From a virus (lineage: Duplodnaviria > Caudoviricetes), in IMG/VR virus record IMGVR_UViG_3300025103_000060, positions 1 through 38,644 of that record: 38,644 bases of DNA; one strand, 5' to 3'. Position numbers and translations under genes: made by a program. The notes beneath the pieces are model-generated. The model was not told the origin of the DNA and made no database searches. It saw nothing but the letters and a program-made list of their open reading frames with translations. Below are positions 1 to 8,909 of this stretch, one piece after another; position 1 is the stretch's first letter; each line of letters begins with the position of its first letter.

Positions 1-203
1 TTATCGGATAATACAGGTGCTTTTGTTTCTTCTCCTTCTTCGTTGTATTCGCCTTTCTCTATGACTATATGTCCTAGCTTAACTATACAATGTTTATGTG
101 TTGGATATTCATTACCTTCGTGAGTAGCTACTCCTAAAGCAGTTATCTTTTCTTCAGCTTGTTGTAAGCTATCAAATTCGTATTTTCCTATTCTTTTTTT
201 CAT
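1..203 (-). CDS. Small tail-fibre-associated protein (partial, runs off the window start); paralog of 37104..37469
   Basis: Not in the ORF track. ATG at 203 reads MKKRIGKYEFDSLQQAEEKITALGVATHEGNEYPTHKHCIVKLGHIVIEKGEYNEEGEETKAPVLSD with no stop. IVKLGHIV..GEYNEEGEETKAP matches IVYIGQIV..ATYDDEGNELTPP in the paralog. It lies directly after a fibre gene. Confidence 0.8.
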   Translation of the reverse strand, partial: MKKRIGKYEFDSLQQAEEKITALGVATHEGNEYPTHKHCIVKLGHIVIEKGEYNEEGEETKAPVLSD

Positions 204-207
204 ATTA

Positions 208-2049
208 TTATGTTGTTAATGCTATTAATTCTGCATCTGATAATGCTTCTTTATATACTTTTATTGCTTTGCATTTTCCGTAGAAGTATTGTGTAGTACC
301 CGAGTAACCCGCAAAACTCAACACACTTAAAGTATTTGCAGAAAATGTACTACCAAGTGTATCAGTATCAACTTCTACGCCATTTACCCATAATGCAAAA
401 TCATTCAATTTATACTTAAATGCAATTTTATTAAATTGAGTTATATTGCTTACACTTACATCTGCGTTTACTTGTGTACTGTTTGATGATATTAAAAAAT
501 ATTTAATTTTATTGGATGCATTATCAAAACCAATAGCCATTCTATTATTAGTAGTTCCATCTGACATAGTTATTCTTCTATCTGTAGAATCATCTGCTAG
601 TGCAGCAATCTCTGCATAAAATACTCCCTCCTCACTATTAAAATCAGCAGACGTACCTGCACTATTACAAGTTTCTGCATCTCTTGTTACTGTTGTACCT
701 GCTGTTGGTATATAACTTGTAGCATAGGATAGTGCTTCTACTTGTGCGCCCCATATATACATTTCTTCTGTATCTTGCAAATCTCTTACTATCTGAACCT
801 GTATGCTAGTACCTGAAGTTGTTGTAAATGACCCTTCTATTCTAACCCATTCCGAAGTACTTAGAGAACTTCCGTAAGTTTGAGATAATAAACTGACTGA
901 ATTATCATTATCCCATATTGAAATTTTAGGATTAACTGCATCTATGTTTTTAGTATAAAAGCTAACAGTATAATCTGTAGTAGCAGACAAAGTAAGAGTG
1001 TCTGTTATTTTTGCATAATCAGCAGTTGAAGTTAATTTTGTAGCATTATTAGTTCCGTCAGGACTTGTTGTTGAGTTTAACGTAACTGTTATATCATTTT
1101 TAGTCCAATCACTTTGACTAAAATCCTCACTATAAGTAATAAGATTAGTACTAGCAGGTTCTAAAAGTAAATGACCATCTGTATCGTCTAAGAAGTCAAT
1201 ACGAGGAGTGTCTTCTATAGGGGTAAGGTCTTGAACTGATATGTTTGTTACTGAACCTATAAAAGAAGCGTCAGCCATAAGGGTAACCCATTGATTTCCA
1301 CCCGCAGTAAATTGTTGGGTGTATGTTCCACTTGCACTTCTTGACACTGCTCCCGCACTTGTACCGCCTAAATAAATTAGTACACTTCCTGAAGTGTATG
1401 AAGTAACAGTATAAATTACTTGGTATTGCTTTCCTAAAACAATTCCACAATCTTGATACATTATACTATTAGACACTTGTGTACCATCACAACTTGCTAT
1501 ACCATCTCCTAAACTCCAACCTGTACCTAAAGTCCAATCATCATCAGGGTCTACTTGTTTTACTGATATATCAGATATTGTAACTACTTGACCTGTTCCT
1601 ATTGAGTCTATTTTAATAAAACACCCTGAAGTACTTTGAGCAGTCATATATACGGTTTCTGTTATAAAACTTGTACTGCTCGTTTCTTGGGTATATAAAC
1701 TACTTACACCATCCCAAAGCCTAAATTTTACATTACCTGTATTTACTTTAAATGTAATAGATATTTTGTATCTTACTCCTACCACAAGATTAGTAGGGAT
1801 TGCGTAAGACGAATTAAAATAAGCATACCCTCCTCCCGAATCATCAACATAGGTTATGATTGTATTGCCAACATCATAAGTAACAGTATTATTAGGATAT
1901 TCGTGAAATTTGAAAGCCTGATTAGTATTTTCAGTACGAACAGCTAACTCAGAACCCTCAGCATACGTAGGTAATACACCATATAAAGTTCCTGCCTTAT
2001 ATCCGTTAGGAGTTACTACAATACTTACATCATCTAATAATAAACTCAT
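208..2049 (-). CDS. Tail fibre/receptor-binding-like protein with carbohydrate-binding-like modules and a C-terminal ConA/LamG-like domain
   Basis: 613 aa, rich in T/S/G and beta-forming residues. Motifs PRIDF..LLLEPASTNLITYSEDF, TSPDGT, WGAQVEA.SYATSYIPT and C-terminal YKEALSDAELIALT. Paralogous to 37471..38644. Confidence 0.7.
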   Translation of the reverse strand: MSLLLDDVSIVVTPNGYKAGTLYGVLPTYAEGSELAVRTENTNQAFKFHEYPNNTVTYDVGNTIITYVDDSGGGYAYFNSSYAIPTNLVVGVRYKISITFKVNTGNVKFRLWDGVSSLYTQETSSTSFITETVYMTAQSTSGCFIKIDSIGTGQVVTISDISVKQVDPDDDWTLGTGWSLGDGIASCDGTQVSNSIMYQDCGIVLGKQYQVIYTVTSYTSGSVLIYLGGTSAGAVSRSASGTYTQQFTAGGNQWVTLMADASFIGSVTNISVQDLTPIEDTPRIDFLDDTDGHLLLEPASTNLITYSEDFSQSDWTKNDITVTLNSTTSPDGTNNATKLTSTADYAKITDTLTLSATTDYTVSFYTKNIDAVNPKISIWDNDNSVSLLSQTYGSSLSTSEWVRIEGSFTTTSGTSIQVQIVRDLQDTEEMYIWGAQVEALSYATSYIPTAGTTVTRDAETCNSAGTSADFNSEEGVFYAEIAALADDSTDRRITMSDGTTNNRMAIGFDNASNKIKYFLISSNSTQVNADVSVSNITQFNKIAFKYKLNDFALWVNGVEVDTDTLGSTFSANTLSVLSFAGYSGTTQYFYGKCKAIKVYKEALSDAELIALTT

Positions 2050-2444
2050 ACTATATTATTTAAAATTGTTAATTGTGATTCTAAACAAGCTTTAGATTCA
2101 AAGTTACCACCATCAGCAACAACTCTAGATTCAAGGTCATTTGCCATCTCTTGAGGAGGTGTTAAAACTCCCACACTCTCTAGTGATATACTTAAAACTA
2201 TAGCTACTCCACTTGTAACTCTTATTGAACTAACATTTGACATACATGTACCTGATGGAACAGTTAAAGATAATAGAGGAGTTGGGTCTACTTGCCCATC
2301 TATAGTTATAGTTCTTATACTGCTCTCAACAGGAAATTCCAATCTATAAAAATTTCCAGTTATAGTACCATCTGATGGAACAATTATAGTTTGAGTTCCA
2401 TTACCCGTCATCTGCCTTAATTCATTATATAATGGTATATCCAT
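2046..2444 (-). CDS. Small virion structural protein; paralog of 36779..37060
   Basis: 132 aa. LRQMTGNGTQT / GNFYRL / VPSGT..SNVSSIRVTSG align with LRELTGDGSQT / GDFYKI / IPAGT..HNVTSISLNSG. Its stop overlaps the start of the fibre gene. Confidence 0.6.
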   Translation of the reverse strand: MDIPLYNELRQMTGNGTQTIIVPSDGTITGNFYRLEFPVESSIRTITIDGQVDPTPLLSLTVPSGTCMSNVSSIRVTSGVAIVLSISLESVGVLTPPQEMANDLESRVVADGGNFESKACLESQLTILNNIV

Positions 2445-2456
2445 TTACTTTATTTT

Positions 2457-3104
2457 TTAAACTAAATATTTTAATTCTATTGATAGGTTGAAAAATGTAT
2501 CGTTAGCTCCACTAGGATGTTTAATCATAGGTAGTAAAAAATCTCCCTTAGATAAACTATTTACTATAAAAGAATCATCATCTATAGTCCCTAATTTAGT
2601 ATTAAGTGAATAAGTAGAAGCTGTAAACTCATCTAATATAACCATAGTATTATGAGCTGCTCCCACCTGAAATTCGTCTGGCTCATCAGCAGTTACATTA
2701 CTTCCCTTAACCAAAGCAAATGTAACAGTTTCAGTAGCATCTTTACCTGTTACCCATCCACAAACATTTGATATAGTACAATCTGCAGGAGCAACAAAAA
2801 TAGAACTTCTTAACATATTGGAAACACTTATAACAGTTGCATTGTCAATAGTAGAAGCTCCATAATCTTTTGTAAATTCCAAATCTTTAGTTACATTCAT
2901 ATTTGCTGGATAATAATAATTTGAATTTGATGGAGCGCAATACCCTCTTAATACAAGAGTGTATGTTTTAACAGTTCCAACAGCAGCCCACTCTAAAGAG
3001 CCACTAGAATTTTTAGTTAATACAGTGTCGTTATTAGCTATACTAAAATCTAAAGGTAAATGAAGATTAGCGTTGCTTAAATTTTTATGTTCGTTAGAAG
3101 CCAT
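2457..3104 (-). CDS. Putative virion structural/fibre-like protein
   Basis: 215 aa beta-rich ORF in the structural operon. VLTKNSSGSLEW resembles fibre shaft motifs. Confidence 0.5.
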   Translation of the reverse strand: MASNEHKNLSNANLHLPLDFSIANNDTVLTKNSSGSLEWAAVGTVKTYTLVLRGYCAPSNSNYYYPANMNVTKDLEFTKDYGASTIDNATVISVSNMLRSSIFVAPADCTISNVCGWVTGKDATETVTFALVKGSNVTADEPDEFQVGAAHNTMVILDEFTASTYSLNTKLGTIDDDSFIVNSLSKGDFLLPMIKHPSGANDTFFNLSIELKYLV

Positions 3105-3115
3105 AATTTTATTTT

Positions 3116-3709
3116 TTAATAGTAATATCCTTCATAATAACCACATCCACAATAACCATTACAACCACAGTTTCTAGAATTTGTATAAATACTATCATAC
3201 ATTATAATACCATGATTTTTCCAAACACCTGTTCTGCATGGTTTATTATCATCATAAGTAGGGTAATCTCCAGCTTGGTCTGCTCCGTTAAGATACTCTA
3301 TAGCATCCTCTAAAAATATTTCTCCCTTTCTGTAAGTGTCTTGTTTATAGACATTTAACTCATCAGGACTTACAATATGACTAAATTCATCTATATTTGT
3401 AACAACACCCATACTACTACTATTCATTTGAATCTCATTGATAATTTCAAATCTAGTAAACCAAGCTAAGCAATCTAACAGATAGTCTGTTAGAAAAGTT
3501 TGATTTTCAGTTGTTAGTGTTCCTCCATCATTTTGTTCTTTTAGCTCTCCATAAAACTTAATACCCAACTTATCTTTTACATGAGCTAGTTCAGTAATAA
3601 TTAAATTATTATCACTAATTAAATAAGGGTCAGTATTAGCGTTAGTAAAAGATTTACTAATTACTTCTCCAGCCGTTATAAGTGATTTATATTGTCTTAA
3701 ATTCGCCAT
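3116..3709 (-). CDS. Putative head-tail adaptor
   Basis: 197 aa helical protein immediately downstream of the portal, with a KLG..FY.EL motif and a Cys/Gly/Tyr-rich C-terminal tail. The call rests mainly on position. Confidence 0.5.
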   Translation of the reverse strand: MANLRQYKSLITAGEVISKSFTNANTDPYLISDNNLIITELAHVKDKLGIKFYGELKEQNDGGTLTTENQTFLTDYLLDCLAWFTRFEIINEIQMNSSSMGVVTNIDEFSHIVSPDELNVYKQDTYRKGEIFLEDAIEYLNGADQAGDYPTYDDNKPCRTGVWKNHGIIMYDSIYTNSRNCGCNGYCGCGYYEGYYY

Positions 3710-3710
3710 A

Positions 3711-5045
3711 TTAGTTTTGTTCTATAGTTGTTTCTTTTTTTTCAGATTCTCCGTCTACATCCTCATCTTTTTCTACCACTATAACCTCTCTATCCGAAAC
3801 AAACATATCTCCATCTTCTAACATATCAAAATCCTCATCTAATAAAGCTCTCTGTTCGTTTATAGTTAACACTTGTTTAATATCTACATCATTAGCGTAA
3901 GAAACTGGTGGCTCATAATGTATCTTTAAGTTCTTAGGGTCAAATCCCATTTCATGATATAGTAGTTTATGAATACCTGTTAGTAATAAATCTGTAGTTT
4001 CTTTAATAACAGTAGTCATAACTAAGTCATAAGCTATTCTAATCTCACTTCCTGTATTATTCATTTTACCAGAACTTACAATACCACTTAAAGATGGTTG
4101 CCATCTATGAGCGGTTATAATATTTTGGTCTGTAATTTGTTGAAGCTCCATCCAACTTCCATCTCTATCATCTTTTAGTATCTGCACATTAGCATTTGCT
4201 GTGTCTCCATTTTTAACGATAAACATTATTTTACCATTATTACCTTGTCCACAAAATTTCTTTTGAGCTTCTTGAACTAATTTTTTAGCTTCTTCTTCTC
4301 CCATATCTCCATTTATCTCCACGATAGCTGAAGGTTGGAATCCATTTTGGAATTGTGTATTATTCCATAATCCTATTTCATAATCTACCGATATATGTTC
4401 TAGTCCAGCAACATAATCAGGTAATCCATAAAAACTAAAAGTAGGTTCATAATCTTTAAATTGCATTACAAATCTACTTGATGTTACTCTAGGGTATAGA
4501 GCTATTTTTTGTATTTCATCTTCTCTACTTCTCCAATGTTTCCAATCAGGATGCACATAAACATCTCTTTTGTTTTTAGACATTCTAACTGTAGTAGCGT
4601 CTAAATGATAAAGATTTATACCTCCATCATATAAAACACCTTCTACATAAGCGTTACCAAATGTATAATAGTCATCAGCTAATTTTTTGAATACATCTCT
4701 CAATGATTCTCCGTCAGCATTTACATCTTTAATAAAATCTTTTGTAGTATCATCTTTACAAACGAATTTAGCTCCAGCTGTAAATACAACCTTTTGAGCT
4801 AATACCGACCTATGAGTAGATGATTTTCTTTTAAGCTCTGCTAGGTATTGAGGAAAAAGATTATCTTTCCCAAAAGGAATAAACTTAGTATTTATCCTAT
4901 CTAAATCTAGAGGCTCCACTACATTAGGAGGAGTTACTAAATCAAATACACCAAACTCAAAAGTATTACTCTTGGTTTTCTTTGTCTTTACCTGACTCTT
5001 TTTCGGACTCGTTTGTTTCTTTGACTTTGTTGACTTTTTTAGCAT
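3711..5045 (-). CDS. Portal protein
   Basis: 444 aa with FGKDNLFPQYL, STHRSVL, DYYTFGNAY, YGLPDY, NGFQPS, G.GNNGK, IITAHR and LTINEQR motifs typical of HK97-like portals in Bacteroidota phages. Confidence 0.9.
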   Translation of the reverse strand: MLKKSTKSKKQTSPKKSQVKTKKTKSNTFEFGVFDLVTPPNVVEPLDLDRINTKFIPFGKDNLFPQYLAELKRKSSTHRSVLAQKVVFTAGAKFVCKDDTTKDFIKDVNADGESLRDVFKKLADDYYTFGNAYVEGVLYDGGINLYHLDATTVRMSKNKRDVYVHPDWKHWRSREDEIQKIALYPRVTSSRFVMQFKDYEPTFSFYGLPDYVAGLEHISVDYEIGLWNNTQFQNGFQPSAIVEINGDMGEEEAKKLVQEAQKKFCGQGNNGKIMFIVKNGDTANANVQILKDDRDGSWMELQQITDQNIITAHRWQPSLSGIVSSGKMNNTGSEIRIAYDLVMTTVIKETTDLLLTGIHKLLYHEMGFDPKNLKIHYEPPVSYANDVDIKQVLTINEQRALLDEDFDMLEDGDMFVSDREVIVVEKDEDVDGESEKKETTIEQN

Positions 5046-5208
5046 CTGTTTTAGTAGTTTTTGTTTTTTCTATTTTTTCTACATGTGTAGTTAGTCCTAA
5101 AACTTCATAAGCGTGCGCTAATTCTTCTTGAGTTGCTATAGCCCATTTAATTTTAAAACCATCTTTATATGTAGTACCTGATGATAATTTTGCTTTATAT
5201 TCTGCCAT
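4966..5208 (-). CDS. Hypothetical small protein
   Basis: The track gives 4966..5265. ATG 5208 (MAEYKAKLSSG) is the likelier start. The K/E-rich C-terminus overlaps the 5' end of the portal gene. Confidence 0.6.
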   Translation of the reverse strand: MAEYKAKLSSGTTYKDGFKIKWAIATQEELAHAYEVLGLTTHVEKIEKTKTTKTDAKKVNKVKETNESEKESGKDKENQE

Positions 5209-5269
5209 AATCGTATATATTTTTAATTGCTGTAAATCTACAACATTATTTTCACAATCACACATATAA

Positions 5270-5304
5270 ATAAAAAAGATATAAGGGGGATTTTACTCCC
5301 CCTT
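5270..5304 (-). terminator. Rho-independent terminator after the capsid/tail tube genes
   Basis: Stem AAGGGGGA (5283-5290) / TCCCCCTT (5297-5304) with a 6-nt loop, followed on the minus strand by ATATCTTTTTT. Confidence 0.8.
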
Positions 5305-5323
5305 TTATCAATTCATATAAATA

Positions 5324-5905
5324 TTATGTAGTTGTAGCTTCTAAAGTTGATGTATTAACATCAAGAGTACCAGTAAATTCTCTTGGTAACTCAAATTGTC
5401 TTGCTACTAAAGTAACTGTTATTCCATTTTCTTCAGAATAAGCAGCTCCTGTAGCTCCTTCCATACCTGATAAATTAAGGTATGTTTGGTTTTTAGTTAA
5501 AACATCTTCATTTGCATACAACTCACTCAATCCAATTACCCAATTATTACCATTAGTATCAACTACTATTCCCATCATACACTCACTCAAAAGAGCTTGT
5601 AATTCGTGGAATTTAGCATTCTCCATCATAGGGATGTAGAAAGATAAGGTACATTCAAATGCTGTAGAGCCATTTTCTTTTGTAGCTGCTACCGCAAGTG
5701 TTGGAGTTTCATTCTTAAACTCATAAACATACCAAGTAGCTGTTGAACCTACAGTATCTACTATAGATGATATTGCGTGGTTACCAGCTGAGTTGTCATA
5801 AGTACATGCGTCGCCTGTAGCGAAGCTTCTTAATAATATTTGCGATATACCTCCAGTTGATTGTAAATCAGTGCAACCAATCGCTAAACCTGTGTCTATT
5901 GCCAT
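5324..5905 (-). CDS. Major tail (tube) protein
   Basis: 193 aa with GGI, IVVDTNGNNWVIG and ATGAAYSEENG.TVTL motifs seen in tail tube proteins of Bacteroidota siphoviruses. It follows the capsid gene. Confidence 0.65.
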   Translation of the reverse strand: MAIDTGLAIGCTDLQSTGGISQILLRSFATGDACTYDNSAGNHAISSIVDTVGSTATWYVYEFKNETPTLAVAATKENGSTAFECTLSFYIPMMENAKFHELQALLSECMMGIVVDTNGNNWVIGLSELYANEDVLTKNQTYLNLSGMEGATGAAYSEENGITVTLVARQFELPREFTGTLDVNTSTLEATTT

Positions 5906-5932
5906 TTTATTTAATTTTTAATTGATTAATAA

Positions 5933-7027
5933 TTACACTAACATACCTCCGTTAACTAAAGAGTCCCAACCATATTGGAAGCCCATAGTGAACGCTGAAC
6001 GAATATACATTTTTTCTGTTACCTCATCATAGAACATTTTTAACTCATTCTCTGGAGCTGAAACATCAGTACCAATGAAGAAGTTATCTTTAGCTCCGTA
6101 AATACAACCTTGAGTTGTTTGAATACCAGCTGTAGCAGCAGTAAACAATGGAGGTATATCAGCTCCTGTTAAAGCAGTTAATGCTTCATCCCACTCATAC
6201 ATAGCTACTAATTCAACACCTCTATATCTCAATCTTTCATAGTTAACACCTGATTGAGCTTCTGAATGTCCGTAATCAACCGCACCCGCAGTAGCTATAG
6301 TTGTTAATGAACCATAGTATGCGTTATAAATGTTTGGAGTAACGAACATTCTTTTTTCTGAAGCTGGAACTTGTTGTAGTTCAGCTGGAGCAGTATCAAA
6401 TACTGTTTGTAGTAATAAAACTGCATCTGCTGGGTCAATTGCAGAACCTACAGCAATAAGGTTAGCTGCAGCTGTTGTTGCAGCAGTAACTTCTCTTAAT
6501 TGAGTAGCTCCGTTAATTGCTGTACCTACTGATAAAGCTTCCCATAGTCCATCTCCCATTGATTTGTAAGAACAGTCTGCTACTGCAGCTCCTGAATCTC
6601 CTGCCCACATATTTCTTACTAAGTCATGCTTAATACCATCTCTAGTTCTGTTGATAATTGCGTCAGCTAATTCTGTACCTGAAAGGTCAGCCATATCAAC
6701 TCCATTTCTATAAGACTCTACAATTACATCATCTTTAAATTCTGTCCAACATTGTTCTTGTTTTACAGAAGTGTTAGTTGTTGTAATTACTTTTGGAGCG
6801 ATTGTAAATCCTGCTGGAGTACAAGCGTTAGCTCCACAAGCGTCGTTTACTGCTGTTATCCCCTGTAATTTAGGAGCTAACATAAGGTTTTGTTTATACT
6901 TTACATTTGGGTATATTCTGTAATTACCCATAATGTCATCTGATGTAAACATTGGTTCTAATAAGATTTTTGAAGCGAATTTACCTTCATAAACACCTCC
7001 TAATCCATCTAATGCTATATTTGCCAT
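5933..7027 (-). CDS. Major capsid protein
   Basis: 364 aa directly downstream of the Clp protease. PNVKYK, W.GD and C-terminal FIGTD...MYIRSAFTMGFQYG motifs. Size fits the HK97 fold. Confidence 0.85.
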   Translation of the reverse strand: MANIALDGLGGVYEGKFASKILLEPMFTSDDIMGNYRIYPNVKYKQNLMLAPKLQGITAVNDACGANACTPAGFTIAPKVITTTNTSVKQEQCWTEFKDDVIVESYRNGVDMADLSGTELADAIINRTRDGIKHDLVRNMWAGDSGAAVADCSYKSMGDGLWEALSVGTAINGATQLREVTAATTAAANLIAVGSAIDPADAVLLLQTVFDTAPAELQQVPASEKRMFVTPNIYNAYYGSLTTIATAGAVDYGHSEAQSGVNYERLRYRGVELVAMYEWDEALTALTGADIPPLFTAATAGIQTTQGCIYGAKDNFFIGTDVSAPENELKMFYDEVTEKMYIRSAFTMGFQYGWDSLVNGGMLV

Positions 7028-7047
7028 TTTTTTTCTTTTTTAATTAT

Positions 7048-8067
7048 TTATATTGATGATTTGATTTTAGAAGCTAATGCATTAAAAAACGCCACTTCAT
7101 TACTTACTTCTTCTTTTACTTCTACTACCGCTGGGTCTGAATCTGTTGAGATTTCAGTTCCTTTAGCGTTAGATTTGTTGTTTAGCTTTTCAATTTCTGA
7201 GTTTAAAGAATCTACAGTATTTTTTAATTCTGTAATTTCCTCATCTTTAGAAGTTGATAAAGCATTAACATCTACTACTTTAGATTCTAATTCAGAAAGC
7301 TTGTTAGAGATTTCTTCATTATCAGCTAAAATAACATTTACTTCTGATACTTCTGTTTTATCAACTCCGCCCTTAACTGCAGCAACAATTTCTTCAACTT
7401 TAGCACCAAACCATGATTTTAATTCTTCTGTCATTGTCTTACTTTTTTTGTTATTATTTAATTGATTGATGATTTCTTTTTGAGTTTTATTTTTAAACTT
7501 ACTTATATCGTATTTAGCTGCAACCATTACCGCATCTGATACTCTATCAATAAATCCGTATTGTAACGCTTCTTCTGAATTGAACCAAGTCTCCTCATCC
7601 ATCATTTCTTCAATTTGAGATAATGGTAAATTTGTTTTCTTGGAATATATATTAGCTATTTCAGAACTTAACTTGTCTAGCAGGGTTGCTGTCTTTCTCA
7701 TATCCTTTGCTTCTCCCATTGCCCCACCCCAAGCGTTATGTATCATATATAAAGAGTTCTCTGACATTATAATTTCATCAGCAGCTAAGGGAATAACGCT
7801 ACCCATACTTGCAGCTATACCTTCTACATAAGCTACAACCTTTCCTTTATATTTTTTAAGAGTGTTGTATATAGCCATTCCATCAAATACCTCTCCACCA
7901 ACACAATTAACATGAAGGTAAATATCCTTACCTTTTAATAATTTTATATCTTCAACGAAGTCTTTAGCTGAAACACCATAACTACCAACTTCATCATATA
8001 AATAAACATCAACAAACTTATCTGTTTGTTTTGCGTTTATTGAATACCAACTTTGTTTATTATTCAT
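7048..8067 (-). CDS. ClpP-family head maturation protease with a C-terminal coiled-coil scaffold domain
   Basis: N.VGGEVFDG.AIYN.L, GIAASMGSVI (catalytic Ser), MIHN and ETWF..EEA..YGF.D motifs. Acidic coiled-coil C-terminus. Confidence 0.93.
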   Translation of the reverse strand: MNNKQSWYSINAKQTDKFVDVYLYDEVGSYGVSAKDFVEDIKLLKGKDIYLHVNCVGGEVFDGMAIYNTLKKYKGKVVAYVEGIAASMGSVIPLAADEIIMSENSLYMIHNAWGGAMGEAKDMRKTATLLDKLSSEIANIYSKKTNLPLSQIEEMMDEETWFNSEEALQYGFIDRVSDAVMVAAKYDISKFKNKTQKEIINQLNNNKKSKTMTEELKSWFGAKVEEIVAAVKGGVDKTEVSEVNVILADNEEISNKLSELESKVVDVNALSTSKDEEITELKNTVDSLNSEIEKLNNKSNAKGTEISTDSDPAVVEVKEEVSNEVAFFNALASKIKSSI

Positions 8068-8071
8068 TTTA

Positions 8072-8116
8072 CAAATTTAATTTTAATTAATACTACATTT
8101 ACGAAAAAAGTGGAAA
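8072..8116 (-). promoter_or_regulatory. Putative late promoter for the protease-capsid operon
   Basis: Sense strand TTTCCA-N4-TTTCGT-N21-TAAATTTG. The -7 box TAnnTTTG is at 8072-8079. Same architecture as at 21202 and 23158. Confidence 0.75.
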
Positions 8117-8122
8117 AAAGAT

Positions 8123-8446
8123 TTACCACCTAACATTCTTAACTATTTTTGATTTATCTCTCTCCTTATAAACTATGTTCTGAGCTGTCCGTTCAGTTAT
8201 ATCATATTTTATTGATAAGTCTATAAAACTATGAGTTCTATTACCATCATTTGTTACAAGTAAACTATCAAAATCTTTAATTACCATATAATTCCTTAGC
8301 CTTTTTGGCTCTATCATACCCCTCTCAATTAAATGAGCTAGCATATCTTTTATTTGAGGTTCTTCCCCAAACCTTCCTTTTAATTCAATATATAATAAAT
8401 CAATATACTCTGTTATTATCTCTGCCTTATTTTCTCTTTGAGCCAT
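8123..8446 (-). CDS. Mor/C-like HTH transcription regulator (candidate late activator)
   Basis: RNYMVIKDF....LSIKYDITERTAQNIV resembles the C-terminal HTH of Mu Mor/C (RN..I...LA.KY.LS.R.I..I). Likely start is ATG 8446 (MAQRENK); the track start is 8470. Confidence 0.55.
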   Translation of the reverse strand: MAQRENKAEIITEYIDLLYIELKGRFGEEPQIKDMLAHLIERGMIEPKRLRNYMVIKDFDSLLVTNDGNRTHSFIDLSIKYDITERTAQNIVYKERDKSKIVKNVRW

Positions 8447-8447
8447 A

Positions 8448-8690
8448 TTATGATTCCCAATAATTAGCAACCTCAGTCCAAAATTTAACTACAGCTTTTC
8501 TACATCCTACACAACTAATAGATTGTTTAATGTTTGGAAAATGTCTATGCCATTCTGCAAATAAAAATGGTAAACTTGTAGGATGATACACTTCTTTAGA
8601 ATCCATGTGATTTTTATTTCTAATAACATTCTCCATTATCTCTTTTCTTTTTTCTCCCTTAATCTTTTCAGCTACTAATTCTATACTCAT
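8448..8690 (-). CDS. Hypothetical protein with a CxxC motif
   Basis: 80 aa containing SCVGC, tightly packed in the operon. Confidence 0.7.
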   Translation of the reverse strand: MSIELVAEKIKGEKRKEIMENVIRNKNHMDSKEVYHPTSLPFLFAEWHRHFPNIKQSISCVGCRKAVVKFWTEVANYWES

Positions 8691-8705
8691 ATTATAATTT
8701 ATTGG

Positions 8706-8906
8706 TTACTCTTTCCATTTACCTAAAGGACACTCTCCATAAAAATCTTTACTTAATGTAGTTTTAGCATCTAAGAAACAACTACATTTACCACACCTTG
8801 CTCCCCATTCCCATTTAGGTTTTTTTAACATTAAAAAATTTCTGTAAAAACTACAGCTTTTACAAGTATCTAATCTCTCCTGTTTAACTTTTTTATTAAC
8901 AAACAT
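8706..8906 (-). CDS. Small Cys-rich protein (DUF6171-like)
   Basis: ERL..CxxC...CxxCxC.L.AK....CP.GKW pattern. Confidence 0.65.
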   Translation of the reverse strand: MFVNKKVKQERLDTCKSCSFYRNFLMLKKPKWEWGARCGKCSCFLDAKTTLSKDFYGECPLGKWKE

Positions 8907-8909
8907 ATC

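Noticed and set aside
208-2049. Diversity-generating retroelement or invertible fibre switch
   Set aside because: I saw no reverse transcriptase or invertase and no ~100-nt TR/VR pair with adenine-specific differences. The paralogs are in the same orientation. The unsequenced gap cannot be assessed.
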